From the NCBI GenBank assembly GCA_963928595.1, contig CAWVFK010000032.1, positions 6,383 through 70,382 on the forward strand: 64,000 bases of DNA, written 5' to 3'. The translations under genes and the position numbers were made by a program. Under the pieces are notes generated by a model. That model had not been told where the DNA came from. It worked only from the letters and a program-made list of their open reading frames with translations, and did no database searches. Numbering within the stretch: position 1 is the stretch's first letter; each line of letters begins with the position of its first letter. Source of the DNA: Candidatus Coprosoma sp. (lineage in GTDB: Bacteria; Bacillota_I; Bacilli_A; RF39; UBA660). Shown in pieces: positions 10,063 through 19,278 of the stretch.

Positions 10063-11709
10063 TTACACCTCTCCAATTACGATTAAAATCATTGGCTTAC
10101 ACTCAGTTTGTTCATAGAAATACTTACCAACCTTATCTCTAATTCCAAGTTTAACCTTAGAAAAATCAACATAGTTTGAATTAGTATTTTCATGAATAAC
10201 ATCAGTTGCTATTTTTTCAGCATCTTTAATCAAATTAATGTTATCCTTAACAAATATAAAGCCTCTCGTTAATACTTCTGGTCCAGCCAAAATTTCCTTA
10301 GTCTGTTTATCAATAGTCGCTGTAATAAGAACAATTCCACTATCACTTAAAAGTTCACGATCTTTAAGCACAAGTTCACCGACATCACCAGCTGCTAAAC
10401 CATCGATTAAAATATCGTCAACCGGTACTTTCATACCATTATCAACTAATTCACCATTTTCAAAATAAGCAACTTCACCATTTAATCTAAGTAAAATATG
10501 GTCATCATCCATGCCAACTTCTTTAGCTACATTACGATTAGCTACTTGATGACGATACTCACCAATAACTGGCATATAATATTTTGGTTGCATTAAATCT
10601 ATCATCAACATCAAATCTTCAGAAGAAGCATGATGTGATAAATATTTCTTTCTAGATAACTCGATAACATTCGCACCAATTTTAGCAAGTCCATCAAGTA
10701 TTTTAGTAGCTGTTCGCTCCATACCATCTTCAATTGGTGACGCAAATATAATCGTATCATCTGGTGTAACTGTTATAAATTTATCATAACCTCTAACAAT
10801 TCTCTTCAAATTAGAAAAAGGTCTTTCTCTTTCATCAGATATAATAACGACAATTTTATCGTCCTTAACATGGCTAATTGGTAAAATTCTCTTCTTATCA
10901 AAATTGACATAGTTCTTATCAATAGCTTTTAAAATAACACTCTCTAAACTTTTACCCATAATAACCACATTACGGTCAGTATTTTTAATTTCGTTAAATA
11001 ACTCTTGAATTCTATAAAGTTGAGCTTGATAAATATTGTATAAAATTCTACCATCTGCTTTATTTATTACTTCTCTGAGTGCTTTTGCCGTACGATGGTT
11101 AGGTGAAGTAAATCCTTGTTTATCAGCATATAAAGACTCTGAAAGCAAACACAAAACACCTTGTTTTCCAACATATGCAAGTTTACCAATATCAGTCTTA
11201 TAAGCACCTAACATAGTTGAATCAAATACAAAATTACCCGTATAAAATATCGCTCCATCAGGTGTATATAAAACATAACCAACATTATCTGGAACCATAT
11301 GTGTTAAAGATATTGGAAAAATACTATTTTTACCAAAATTAATTTTTCTATGTGGTTTTATAACCCTTAAATTTTTAACACTCAAATTATCCGCTAAAAG
11401 ATCATCTTTAATAATTTCCATCGTAAATGATGTTCCATAAATTGGTAAATCAGGAACCTCTTTTAATATTTCTGATAAAGCTCCCATATTATCATAATGT
11501 CCGTGTGTAATAAATATACCTTTAATATTTTTTCTATTTTTCTTAATATAATCATAATTCGGAATAATATAATCTACTCCAAGCATTTTGTCATCGGCGT
11601 ATTTTAATCCCGCATCAAATATAAATATATCATGGTCGACTTCTACGACATACATATTTTTTCCGTCTTCATTTAATCCACCGAGTGCAAATATTTTTAT
11701 TTTACTCAT
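10063..11709 (-). CDS. rnj: RNase J family protein (beta-CASP metallo-beta-lactamase ribonuclease) with degenerate metal-ligand motifs
   Basis: 548 aa beta-lactamase + beta-CASP architecture. Motif 2 reads HGHYDN (canonical HGHEDH) and motif 4 reads TGNFVFD (canonical TGDFKFD). Confidence 0.8.
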   Translation of the reverse strand: MSKIKIFALGGLNEDGKNMYVVEVDHDIFIFDAGLKYADDKMLGVDYIIPNYDYIKKNRKNIKGIFITHGHYDNMGALSEILKEVPDLPIYGTSFTMEIIKDDLLADNLSVKNLRVIKPHRKINFGKNSIFPISLTHMVPDNVGYVLYTPDGAIFYTGNFVFDSTMLGAYKTDIGKLAYVGKQGVLCLLSESLYADKQGFTSPNHRTAKALREVINKADGRILYNIYQAQLYRIQELFNEIKNTDRNVVIMGKSLESVILKAIDKNYVNFDKKRILPISHVKDDKIVVIISDERERPFSNLKRIVRGYDKFITVTPDDTIIFASPIEDGMERTATKILDGLAKIGANVIELSRKKYLSHHASSEDLMLMIDLMQPKYYMPVIGEYRHQVANRNVAKEVGMDDDHILLRLNGEVAYFENGELVDNGMKVPVDDILIDGLAAGDVGELVLKDRELLSDSGIVLITATIDKQTKEILAGPEVLTRGFIFVKDNINLIKDAEKIATDVIHENTNSNYVDFSKVKLGIRDKVGKYFYEQTECKPMILIVIGEV

Positions 11710-11916
11710 TTTTTCTCCTTTCTTAAGTCATTTAAAAGCCTTAATAATTATAACAAAAAAAGCCATAAAAAGCAATTTACCATTATGGCAATTTTTAAGC
11801 ACATAAAATATAACAAAATGCAATCATTTTATATAACTGTTTGTTATATTTATACATAAGGAATGTTCAGTAGTTGAGTGATTGCCGCTTTTCTTTTTAA
11901 GAAGGGAGGCGATATA

Positions 11917-12000
11917 ATGAACAAGAAAGATTTTTTAATCTTATGCTTACTCATTATCATCTTCTTTTTATTATCGTTATTATTGATAACCTTAATATAA
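11917..12000 (+). CDS. small hydrophobic peptide (27 aa), candidate membrane peptide / type-I-toxin-like sORF
   Basis: GAAGGGAGG RBS 6 nt upstream. MNKKDFLILCLLIIIFFLLSLLLITLI. A hairpin plus T-run ~90 nt downstream (12081-12110). Lies between minus-strand rnj and dagK. Confidence 0.35.
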   Translation: MNKKDFLILCLLIIIFFLLSLLLITLI

Positions 12001-12144
12001 AAGAAAATCACCTAACACATCTGTGATTAGGTGAAACCCAAAATCTTGGCAACATCCAACATGGAAGTATTGAACGTTCCTTTTTATTTTATGAAATTTC
12101 CTTCATCTATATACATTCTATCATAAATTTAACTTAATGGCAAA

Positions 12145-13059
12145 CTAAATGAAAATTTTATCTAATTCTTTATTAGGTAGTAACATTTTTATTCCTTTAA
12201 CAATTTTAATTTCATATTCGGTCGTTCTTGTTTTCAGCATTTCCCCATCAATACAAAATCTCTTTTTAGGTGGTTCTTTTAATTTAATCTTTAAATTATC
12301 CGTTCTAAAGAAATAAAATCCTGGAACTTTAGTAATATCACTTGTCTTAAGTAAATATAAACTTCTAATTATGTCTTTTTTAGTTGTAATATTAGAAAGC
12401 AAAACCTCAAACTTTCCATCATTCATCTTCACATCTTGTAATATTTCTAAACCACCCATTCTACTGGCATTACATATTAAGACAAACGAATAAAGTCCAG
12501 TATAAGTTTCACCGTTAGCTGTATAACTCATTTCAAATAAATGAGTTTTTTGATTAAATGATTTTATCGCATTTATCATATAAGCTAAATATCCAAAATT
12601 CTTCTTTAATTTTCTAGGTGTATCATAAGCCACATCCGTAAATTTGCCAAGACCAGCCACATATACAAAAGGTTCATCATTAATCGTACAAATATCTAAA
12701 TCCTTAACCGTACCTTCCAAAATCATTTTTAAATTATTAACTGGATTCTTACCCATACCGAAAGTCGCACCCAAATCATTGGTAGTACCAAGTGGAATAT
12801 GTGTAAGTAATAATTTCTTTTTGCGTTTTAAATTACCAGTCACAACTTCATTAAACGTTCCATCTCCCCCTAAAGATATTACTAAATCGATTGTCTCAGG
12901 AAGATCAGCTATTATTTTTTTCGCATGACCCGCATATTTTGTAAACATAATATCTACGCTATATCCATATTCATTTAAAACATTTTTACACTTATGCGCT
13001 AAAACATCTTTGTTGTTTTTACCACTATTAGGATTACATATTAATACGCTTTTTTTCAT
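12145..13059 (-). CDS. diacylglycerol/lipid kinase family protein (DagK/YegS-like)
   Basis: GGDGTFNEV catalytic motif. ~304 aa from MKKSVLICNPNSGK. Confidence 0.8.
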   Translation of the reverse strand: MKKSVLICNPNSGKNNKDVLAHKCKNVLNEYGYSVDIMFTKYAGHAKKIIADLPETIDLVISLGGDGTFNEVVTGNLKRKKKLLLTHIPLGTTNDLGATFGMGKNPVNNLKMILEGTVKDLDICTINDEPFVYVAGLGKFTDVAYDTPRKLKKNFGYLAYMINAIKSFNQKTHLFEMSYTANGETYTGLYSFVLICNASRMGGLEILQDVKMNDGKFEVLLSNITTKKDIIRSLYLLKTSDITKVPGFYFFRTDNLKIKLKEPPKKRFCIDGEMLKTRTTEYEIKIVKGIKMLLPNKELDKIFI

Positions 13060-13105
13060 TATGACCACCACCATCATTATACATTAATTTATATAAATAA
13101 CAAAA

Positions 13106-13540
13106 TTACATATGATAACTTTTTTCTTTTTCTAAAACTATATTAACTGTTTCTGGAAAAATATCGCATATAGTGGCAAAACTTTCAAAACACCTTTTAA
13201 GCTTTTTCAAATCTGATAAACTACAATTATCCAACCAAGCTTCAAAAGTGTCATCTTGAATCCTAACATACAAATCTAAAAATGCTTCATCTTCTAATTG
13301 ATGAGAGTAAACCTCTAATGCCATAGTCAAAGTAATAACTGTATAATTCTTTTTACATAATTTCAAAAAATCTAATAGTTCATAAACACTATCATAATTA
13401 TATTGTTTTATTGCTAAATCAAGTTCTCTTTCACTTTTATCCAAATAATCAATCAAATCATTAAGCATTTCCTTTACATTTATATATTGCTTATTAAACT
13501 CTTCTAAATTAACATCTATTTTAGGTTCAATTCCAAACAT
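13106..13540 (-). CDS. hypothetical protein
   Basis: 144 aa, acidic, no motifs. Downstream of sufS in an apparent operon. Confidence 0.35.
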   Translation of the reverse strand: MFGIEPKIDVNLEEFNKQYINVKEMLNDLIDYLDKSERELDLAIKQYNYDSVYELLDFLKLCKKNYTVITLTMALEVYSHQLEDEAFLDLYVRIQDDTFEAWLDNCSLSDLKKLKRCFESFATICDIFPETVNIVLEKEKSYHM

Positions 13541-13609
13541 TATTATCCCTCTTTCACGTTCATATATATTACCATCTTACAAATAAAAGTCAAATTAAAA
13601 GAAGAAATA

Positions 13610-14803
13610 TCATATTATTTCCTCTTTAATATTTGGATTTTTCAAAACTTCAATTAATTTATCAATTTCTTCTTTAGAATTATAAAAATATAAACTAATT
13701 CTACAAGTGTTCTTAATATGAATCTCATCCTTAAGTATTTTAGCGCAGTGATTTCCAGCTCTTGTACATATATTATATTTATCTAAATAAATAGATAAAT
13801 CTTGTGGGAAAATACCATCATAATTAATTGTTACAATTCCACTGTGACTATGGGCATTGTAAATCATAATCTGTGGAATTTCCTTTAATCTATCAAGTAA
13901 ATAGTTTTTAAGTTCTATCTCATATTTATGAATACTATCAAGACCAATATCCATTAAATATTTAATAATATAACCAAATCCAATAACCCCTGCAATATTA
14001 GGTGTTCCAGCTTCTAATCTATCAGGCATCATCTTATAAAATCTAGTTCCATCAGTACTAAAATCTGCATTCATTCCCCCGCCAAATATAATCGGCTTTA
14101 TATCATTTAATAACTCTTCCTTACCATATAAAACTCCAACCCCTGTTGGTCCACACATTTTATGAGCTGAAAAAGCTAAAAAATCAATATCTAAATCCTG
14201 AACATCTACTTTTAAATGTGGTACACTTTGAGCTCCATCCACTAAAACAAGTATTCCTTTACTATGGGCTAGTTTAATAATTTCTTTAATTGGTCTAACA
14301 TCACCAACAACATTACTAACATGCGCAATCGAAATAACTTTAGTTTTAGGTGTAATTGCCTTCTCCACATTTTCCATTAAAACCTCATGATTATCATCTA
14401 ATTCAATATAACTAATTTTTAATTTTAATCTATCAGCAAGTTCAAACCAAGGAAGTAAATTAGATGCATGCTCACTTTTTGTAAGTAAAACCTCATCACC
14501 TTCGTTTAACTTATTCGCAAAATATCCAAAGACAATTTTATTAATTGAATCAGTTGCTCCACTAGTAAAAGCAATCTCTGAAATTTTTCTTGCATTTAAT
14601 AAATCCTTTACTAAATATCTAGTCTCTTCATATTTCTGACTTGCTTTAATACTTAAAGCATAATCCCCTCTATGCGCATTTGAACTGTAATTATTATAAT
14701 AATCACTAATAGCTTCACCTAAAAGCTTCGGTTTTAAAGTCGTTGCCCCATTATCAAAATATATAATTCCAGAATTTAAAATATTAAAATCTTCTCTATG
14801 CAT
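13610..14803 (-). CDS. sufS: cysteine desulfurase SufS (class V aminotransferase)
   Basis: PLP-lysine SAHKMCGPTG. C-terminal RAGNHCA catalytic cysteine loop. Confidence 0.9.
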   Translation of the reverse strand: MHREDFNILNSGIIYFDNGATTLKPKLLGEAISDYYNNYSSNAHRGDYALSIKASQKYEETRYLVKDLLNARKISEIAFTSGATDSINKIVFGYFANKLNEGDEVLLTKSEHASNLLPWFELADRLKLKISYIELDDNHEVLMENVEKAITPKTKVISIAHVSNVVGDVRPIKEIIKLAHSKGILVLVDGAQSVPHLKVDVQDLDIDFLAFSAHKMCGPTGVGVLYGKEELLNDIKPIIFGGGMNADFSTDGTRFYKMMPDRLEAGTPNIAGVIGFGYIIKYLMDIGLDSIHKYEIELKNYLLDRLKEIPQIMIYNAHSHSGIVTINYDGIFPQDLSIYLDKYNICTRAGNHCAKILKDEIHIKNTCRISLYFYNSKEEIDKLIEVLKNPNIKEEII

Positions 14804-14807
14804 AACC

Positions 14808-15596
14808 TCACCTCCAATACTTATTAATCATATCTTCTAACGTCTTTTTATAATAAGTAATACCATTCAAAAGAAAACCTTTAGTAAGTAAATTCTCTGA
14901 ATCTTTTTTCGAAATACCTCTACTCATTAAATAAAATACCTCATCAGGTGAAAAAGTACCAATAAGTGCGCTATGATTAGCCACTACATCTTCCTCATCT
15001 ATAAATAAATTAGGTTTTATCGTACAATTATTTTCTGTCATGTTGATAATCCTACCACTTTGATTAACATCACATCCAGTAATGCCATTAGACACAAATC
15101 CTGAAACATTAAATTCTAATATTCCATCTAAAATATTAACCCCATTATTTACTATGTTGCTAACCGTATCTTTCGCATTATGATAAACTAAAAAATTGTA
15201 CTTTTCGTCTTTTTTACTAATCGTTTTCAAGTTAAAATCAATTTTAGCTTGCACACCATTTAAATTAACTACCGTCATCTCTTTAATACTTTGTCCATCA
15301 TTAATTTTCTCGATATTCAAATAACTATTTTCTTCTAAATAATACTTATATTGAAATTTATAATCACCATCGTGTTTATATTCATAAATATTTGCTTTCA
15401 CACCTTTTAAAACATTAACATAAAAATCCAATTTTATATCTACTTTACTAACATCAATAATTATATCTGCATCTTCTAAAATTTTAACCTTCACACTCTG
15501 AACATTCAAAAACTTACTAGCTTCACCTATACTAACTTCAATTCCATCATTATTCTCTATTTTTATCTCTTCATTATAAACTGTAATCTTATTCAT
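14808..15596 (-). CDS. sufD: short SufB/SufD-family Fe-S assembly protein
   Basis: 262 aa. C-terminal conserved SufBD region (ANHSALIGTFSPDEVFYLMSRGI). Overlaps sufC by 8 nt. Confidence 0.6.
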   Translation of the reverse strand: MNKITVYNEEIKIENNDGIEVSIGEASKFLNVQSVKVKILEDADIIIDVSKVDIKLDFYVNVLKGVKANIYEYKHDGDYKFQYKYYLEENSYLNIEKINDGQSIKEMTVVNLNGVQAKIDFNLKTISKKDEKYNFLVYHNAKDTVSNIVNNGVNILDGILEFNVSGFVSNGITGCDVNQSGRIINMTENNCTIKPNLFIDEEDVVANHSALIGTFSPDEVFYLMSRGISKKDSENLLTKGFLLNGITYYKKTLEDMINKYWR

Positions 15597-16338
15597 GATT
15601 ATCTCCCACTAACTTATCATAACCTTCTTCTTCAATTTTTAAAGCTAGTGTTTTATCGCCACTTAAAACTATTTTACCATCCTTCATAATGTGAATAAAA
15701 TCCGGTTTTATATAATCAAGTAACCTTTGATAATGCGTAACAAGTAAAATTGCTGGTTTTCTATCGTTATAGTAATCCATCACACTTTCGCCAACTAATT
15801 TTAAGCTATCGACATCTAAACCAGAATCTATCTCATCTAAAAGTACGACATCAGGCTTTAATATATTCATCTGTAAAATTTCATTTTTCTTCCTCTCTCC
15901 ACCAGAAAAACCATCATTAATTCCTCTATGAATCATCTCCGGATCCATATGTAATTTTTCAGTTAATTTATCAACCTCTCTAATAAATGGAAGCAACTTA
16001 AATTTATCGCCTTCTTTAGCTCTTAAAGCACTTCTTAAAAAATCGGCATTCGTTACCCCTTCGATTGCCATCGGCATTTGCATACCTAAAAATATTCCAA
16101 GCTTAGCTCTTTCATTAACCGGCATATCATTAATAACCTTTCCATTATAAGAAATAGTTCCTTTAACAATTTCATAATTAGTATCTCCCATAATAACTTT
16201 CGTTAAAGTAGATTTACCAGTTCCATTCGGTCCCATAATCGCATGAATTTCCCCAGATTTTATCTCTAAACTAAAATCTTTCAAAATTGTTTTTCCAGCC
16301 ACTTTTACAGTCAAATTATCTATATTTAAAATATTCAT
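15589..16338 (-). CDS. sufC: Fe-S cluster assembly ATPase SufC
   Basis: Walker A GPNGTGKST, ABC signature FSGGERKK, Walker B LLDEIDSGLD. Confidence 0.9.
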   Translation of the reverse strand: MNILNIDNLTVKVAGKTILKDFSLEIKSGEIHAIMGPNGTGKSTLTKVIMGDTNYEIVKGTISYNGKVINDMPVNERAKLGIFLGMQMPMAIEGVTNADFLRSALRAKEGDKFKLLPFIREVDKLTEKLHMDPEMIHRGINDGFSGGERKKNEILQMNILKPDVVLLDEIDSGLDVDSLKLVGESVMDYYNDRKPAILLVTHYQRLLDYIKPDFIHIMKDGKIVLSGDKTLALKIEEEGYDKLVGDNHE

Positions 16339-16494
16339 ATTTAATCACCTCATTATATTTTAACATTTTTTCTATCATTTTTGTATAAAAACACTAAAAT
16401 TAACCAATAATATATTAGAATATTCGCAGATATTCACATTTAAAAGAGTTTACTCTTTTTTTCTATCTGTGATAAAATAAAAGTGGTGATGAAA

Positions 16495-16860
16495 ATGGAT
16501 TGTATATTTTGTAAAATTGTAAACGGAGAAATTCCTTCATACACACTTTATGAAGACGAAATAGTTAAAGTATTTTTAGATGTTAATCCCGATGTCAATG
16601 GCCATACATTAATTATTCCCAAAAGACATTATACAGATTTATTCGACATCGATAACGATACTCTAATGCATATTATGGATGTAGCCAGAAAAATAGACAA
16701 ACTATTATCTGGCAAATTACACACTGATGGATTAACTCTTGTTCAAAACAATGGATTAAAACAAGAAGTCAAACACTTTCATCTTCATTTAAAACCACAA
16801 TATAAAAATGAAGAAGAATTACTCCCAGTCGAAGAAGTATATAAAAAAATAAGCAACTAA
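16495..16860 (+). CDS. HIT family (histidine triad) hydrolase
   Basis: VKHFHLHLKPQ histidine triad. N-terminal CIFCKI zinc-binding-like motif. Confidence 0.85.
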   Translation: MDCIFCKIVNGEIPSYTLYEDEIVKVFLDVNPDVNGHTLIIPKRHYTDLFDIDNDTLMHIMDVARKIDKLLSGKLHTDGLTLVQNNGLKQEVKHFHLHLKPQYKNEEELLPVEEVYKKISN

Positions 16861-16862
16861 GC

Positions 16863-17708
16863 TTATTTTCTTTTTTTACCTTTAGTTGGTCTTTTTTTCA
16901 CCTTCTGATTACTTTTCTTCTCTTCATCACTGATTCTTCCGAGTGGTGATGGTGAAAATTCAAATAATTTATTTAAACCATCTTTAGTTGATACATCAAT
17001 TCTAATCCATTGCCCATTTTGTAAATAATAAACCTCTGGATAACCATATTTATTAAGTTCAACCATTAAATTAGGATTATTTTCAAATTTAACCCTTGCT
17101 GCCTCAAAAATTCCGCGATATAAAGGATTAACGTTTTTAGGAAAAACCGTAACCATTCCTTTTTTTATTGGAAATCTAACATTTTCTTTGTTCATCTTAA
17201 GTAAAGTTCCAAACTCTTCATAAGTTACCATAAATGAATTCATATTCTTTCTCGGATAAAATCTTTTCTCACCTAAAGAATCTACATAATCATGCATCCA
17301 TAAACTATACGGTTTTTTTAGACCAGCTCTCGCCACTCCATAAAGTTCAGAATCGTCAAAATCATAAAACTTCAAATCTCCCCTTAGTAACATCCAGGTT
17401 GGATGATTTCTTATAACAAAATTTTGTTCATCTTTACTTAATTTTAAAATATTTCCTTTTTCTCTAATTAAATCAACAGCTCCTGCACATAAATAAAGCT
17501 GATGAGTTAACTCCTTACTTGGTATATCATACTCTTTACCATCTATGTATACCTTATCAATATGATTTATTCCATCTTCAAGTACACTTACTTTTAATAA
17601 AGCCATATCACATTTATCAAACAAAGCAAAAACAGCATTCTTTTCTTCTCTACTAAATTTTATATTTTCCATAATATCCTCCCAAAATTTCAAGCATATA
17701 ATACACAT
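16863..17708 (-). CDS. hypothetical protein with a Lys/Arg-rich C-terminal tail
   Basis: 281 aa, no recognised motif. C-terminal KKSNQKVKKRPTKGKKRK. Confidence 0.35.
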   Translation of the reverse strand: MCIICLKFWEDIMENIKFSREEKNAVFALFDKCDMALLKVSVLEDGINHIDKVYIDGKEYDIPSKELTHQLYLCAGAVDLIREKGNILKLSKDEQNFVIRNHPTWMLLRGDLKFYDFDDSELYGVARAGLKKPYSLWMHDYVDSLGEKRFYPRKNMNSFMVTYEEFGTLLKMNKENVRFPIKKGMVTVFPKNVNPLYRGIFEAARVKFENNPNLMVELNKYGYPEVYYLQNGQWIRIDVSTKDGLNKLFEFSPSPLGRISDEEKKSNQKVKKRPTKGKKRK

Positions 17709-17796
17709 AAAACCCTAAATTGTCAAATAATAAACATTTGCCATATTCATGATTTAATAACCTTCATATCATAAATTAGATAAGGGGGAAAGAAAA

Positions 17797-18069
17797 ATGT
17801 TTAGAAAAAACTTTGGTTTTAATAGACCAATGAATAACTGTTGTGATCAAGAACCAAATTGTCCTATTATGGAACCAGTTATCACAAATTGTGTAGAAAG
17901 AGAATTTTGTCACGAAGTAAAACATGTTTGTCCAATTCACACTCACGTAATTAATAAACATATTTATAATCACACTTACACTCCTGAATACTCATGCTCT
18001 GAAGAAAATCAAATTATCAACAACGATCCAGGATGCGGTTGCAATAAATTTAATAACAATGGTTTTTAA
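17797..18069 (+). CDS. small Cys/His-rich protein, CotD-like spore coat protein candidate
   Basis: AAGGGGGAAAG RBS. 90 aa with a spaced V.P...H..H..P.HTHVINKHIYNHTYTP pattern and CC/CxC pairs resembling the inner spore coat protein CotD family. Confidence 0.35.
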   Translation: MFRKNFGFNRPMNNCCDQEPNCPIMEPVITNCVEREFCHEVKHVCPIHTHVINKHIYNHTYTPEYSCSEENQIINNDPGCGCNKFNNNGF

Positions 18070-18102
18070 GCCATTGTTTTTCATTCAGAAAAAAACTAAG
18101 AA

Positions 18103-19050
18103 TTAACTCTCAGTTTTTAAGTTTTCAATTTCAGCCTCAGTTAAATCTGTAAATTTAGAAATATCACTGAGGTTCATTCCAGCATCTAACATTTTTTTAG
18201 CAATTTCTAATGCTTTCTTGTTTGATCCTTGTTCTAAGCCTTGTTCTAATCCTTGTTCTAATCCTTGTTCTAATCCTTGTTCTAAACCTTCAGCATGTCC
18301 TTTTTTAACTGCCTCTGCATGATCGATTTTCTTCATCCATTCGTCCATTTTATCTTTGTCATATAAACCAATAATGTGCTCATCTTCATTTAAATCTTCA
18401 ATTATATTTGCCATACTTTCTAACTCCTCGTCTCCTTTAGAAATATCTCTAAGCTCTTTTCTACTAGTTATCTGAAACATTACTAATATTTTTTCTAACT
18501 TAGATAAACTTCCTTTACCATTAGTATAATACTTTTCTAAAGGTTTGACCATATTTATATGTATTCTTTTAAAATTTTCTTCATCAGTAAACTTCCCTGT
18601 ATCATCTTTCATACTAAATTCGATAAATAACCTATCATCAAATCTATTTATAACATTAAAATTTAATTGAAACACTTCACTATTATCTACTAAAGAACCT
18701 GACAAATATCTATCATAAGCTATTTTATGATGATACAAATTATTCTTAGCTACCATACTTGCTTTCGCACTTTTATTAGCCTCGATATTTATAATTGTTC
18801 CTTCTACTTTTACTATAAGATCAGTTATCTTTTTTCTTTCTTTATATTTTTCTACTGGAAGCTCTGCATTAGCAAACACTAAATTTTCATAAATATAACC
18901 TGGCGAGTATATTGTTACATGACTTATAATCAAAGACAGCAATTTCCTAAACTCAGGATTTTGAACAATTGATTTAAATATTGGATCAAACATTGAATTC
19001 ATAAGTTTATCTGAATTTTTAGATCTAACTATAGTTAAACTTTTTGGCAT
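18103..19050 (-). mobile_element. Rpn/YhgA-like PD-(D/E)XK recombination-promoting nuclease / putative transposase (TIGR01784-like)
   Basis: N-terminal FDPIFKSIV...DLIVKVEGTIINIEANK (PD-D/ExK core). GLEQ repeats followed by the family-typical C-terminus ALEIAKKMLDAGMNLSDISKFTDLTEAEIENL. Confidence 0.65.
18227..18286 (-). repeat. 5 x 12-bp tandem repeat (CCTTGTTCTAAT) encoding (GLEQ)5 within the Rpn-family gene
   Basis: Direct perfect/near-perfect 12-nt tandem copies that preserve the frame. Confidence 0.9.
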
Positions 19051-19159
19051 ATATTTGCCTCCCTTCTATATGAGGTAACCCTCTATATATAACATACGAC
19101 AAAAGATATCACTTTTCCTTCAAAAAAAATAAAAAATGCCAAAAAATTAGCATTTTTTT

Positions 19160-19205
19160 CTAAAAAGGCATTTTAAAATTTTCACTTTGCATTCTTTTAA
19201 CCATA
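19160..19205. repeat. ~46-bp direct duplicate (about 44/47 identical) of the ffh 3' end; putative att scar
   Basis: AAAAAGGCATTTTAAAATTTTCACTTTGCATTCTTTTAACCATA vs 20172-20217 AAAAAGGCATTTTAAAATTTCCACTCTGCATTCTCTTAACCATA. The second is the genuine C-terminus of Ffh (..RMQSGNFKMPF*). Confidence 0.7.
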
Positions 19206-19278
19206 TATTATCAATTATTACTATTTATTTCTTTTATTTCAATATTCATAATTTCCAAATAATCTTTTTCTACCCTAG

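Noticed and set aside
12081-12110. Weak hairpin GGAAG-tattgaa-CGTTCC + T-tract considered as a dagK terminator.
   Set aside because: The orientation fits only the plus strand (downstream of the 27-aa sORF), not the minus-strand dagK, so it was assigned to the sORF finding instead.
16445-16470. Hairpin AAAGAGT-tta-ACTCTTTTTTT upstream of the HIT gene that looks like a plus-strand terminator.
   Set aside because: No plus-strand gene lies upstream. It is more likely part of the divergent sufC/HIT promoter region, possibly a leader structure. Insufficient evidence.
18227-18286. Tandem 12-bp repeats that might be taken for a CRISPR-like or satellite array.
   Set aside because: They are in-frame coding repeats (GLEQ)5 inside the Rpn-family gene, with no spacers.
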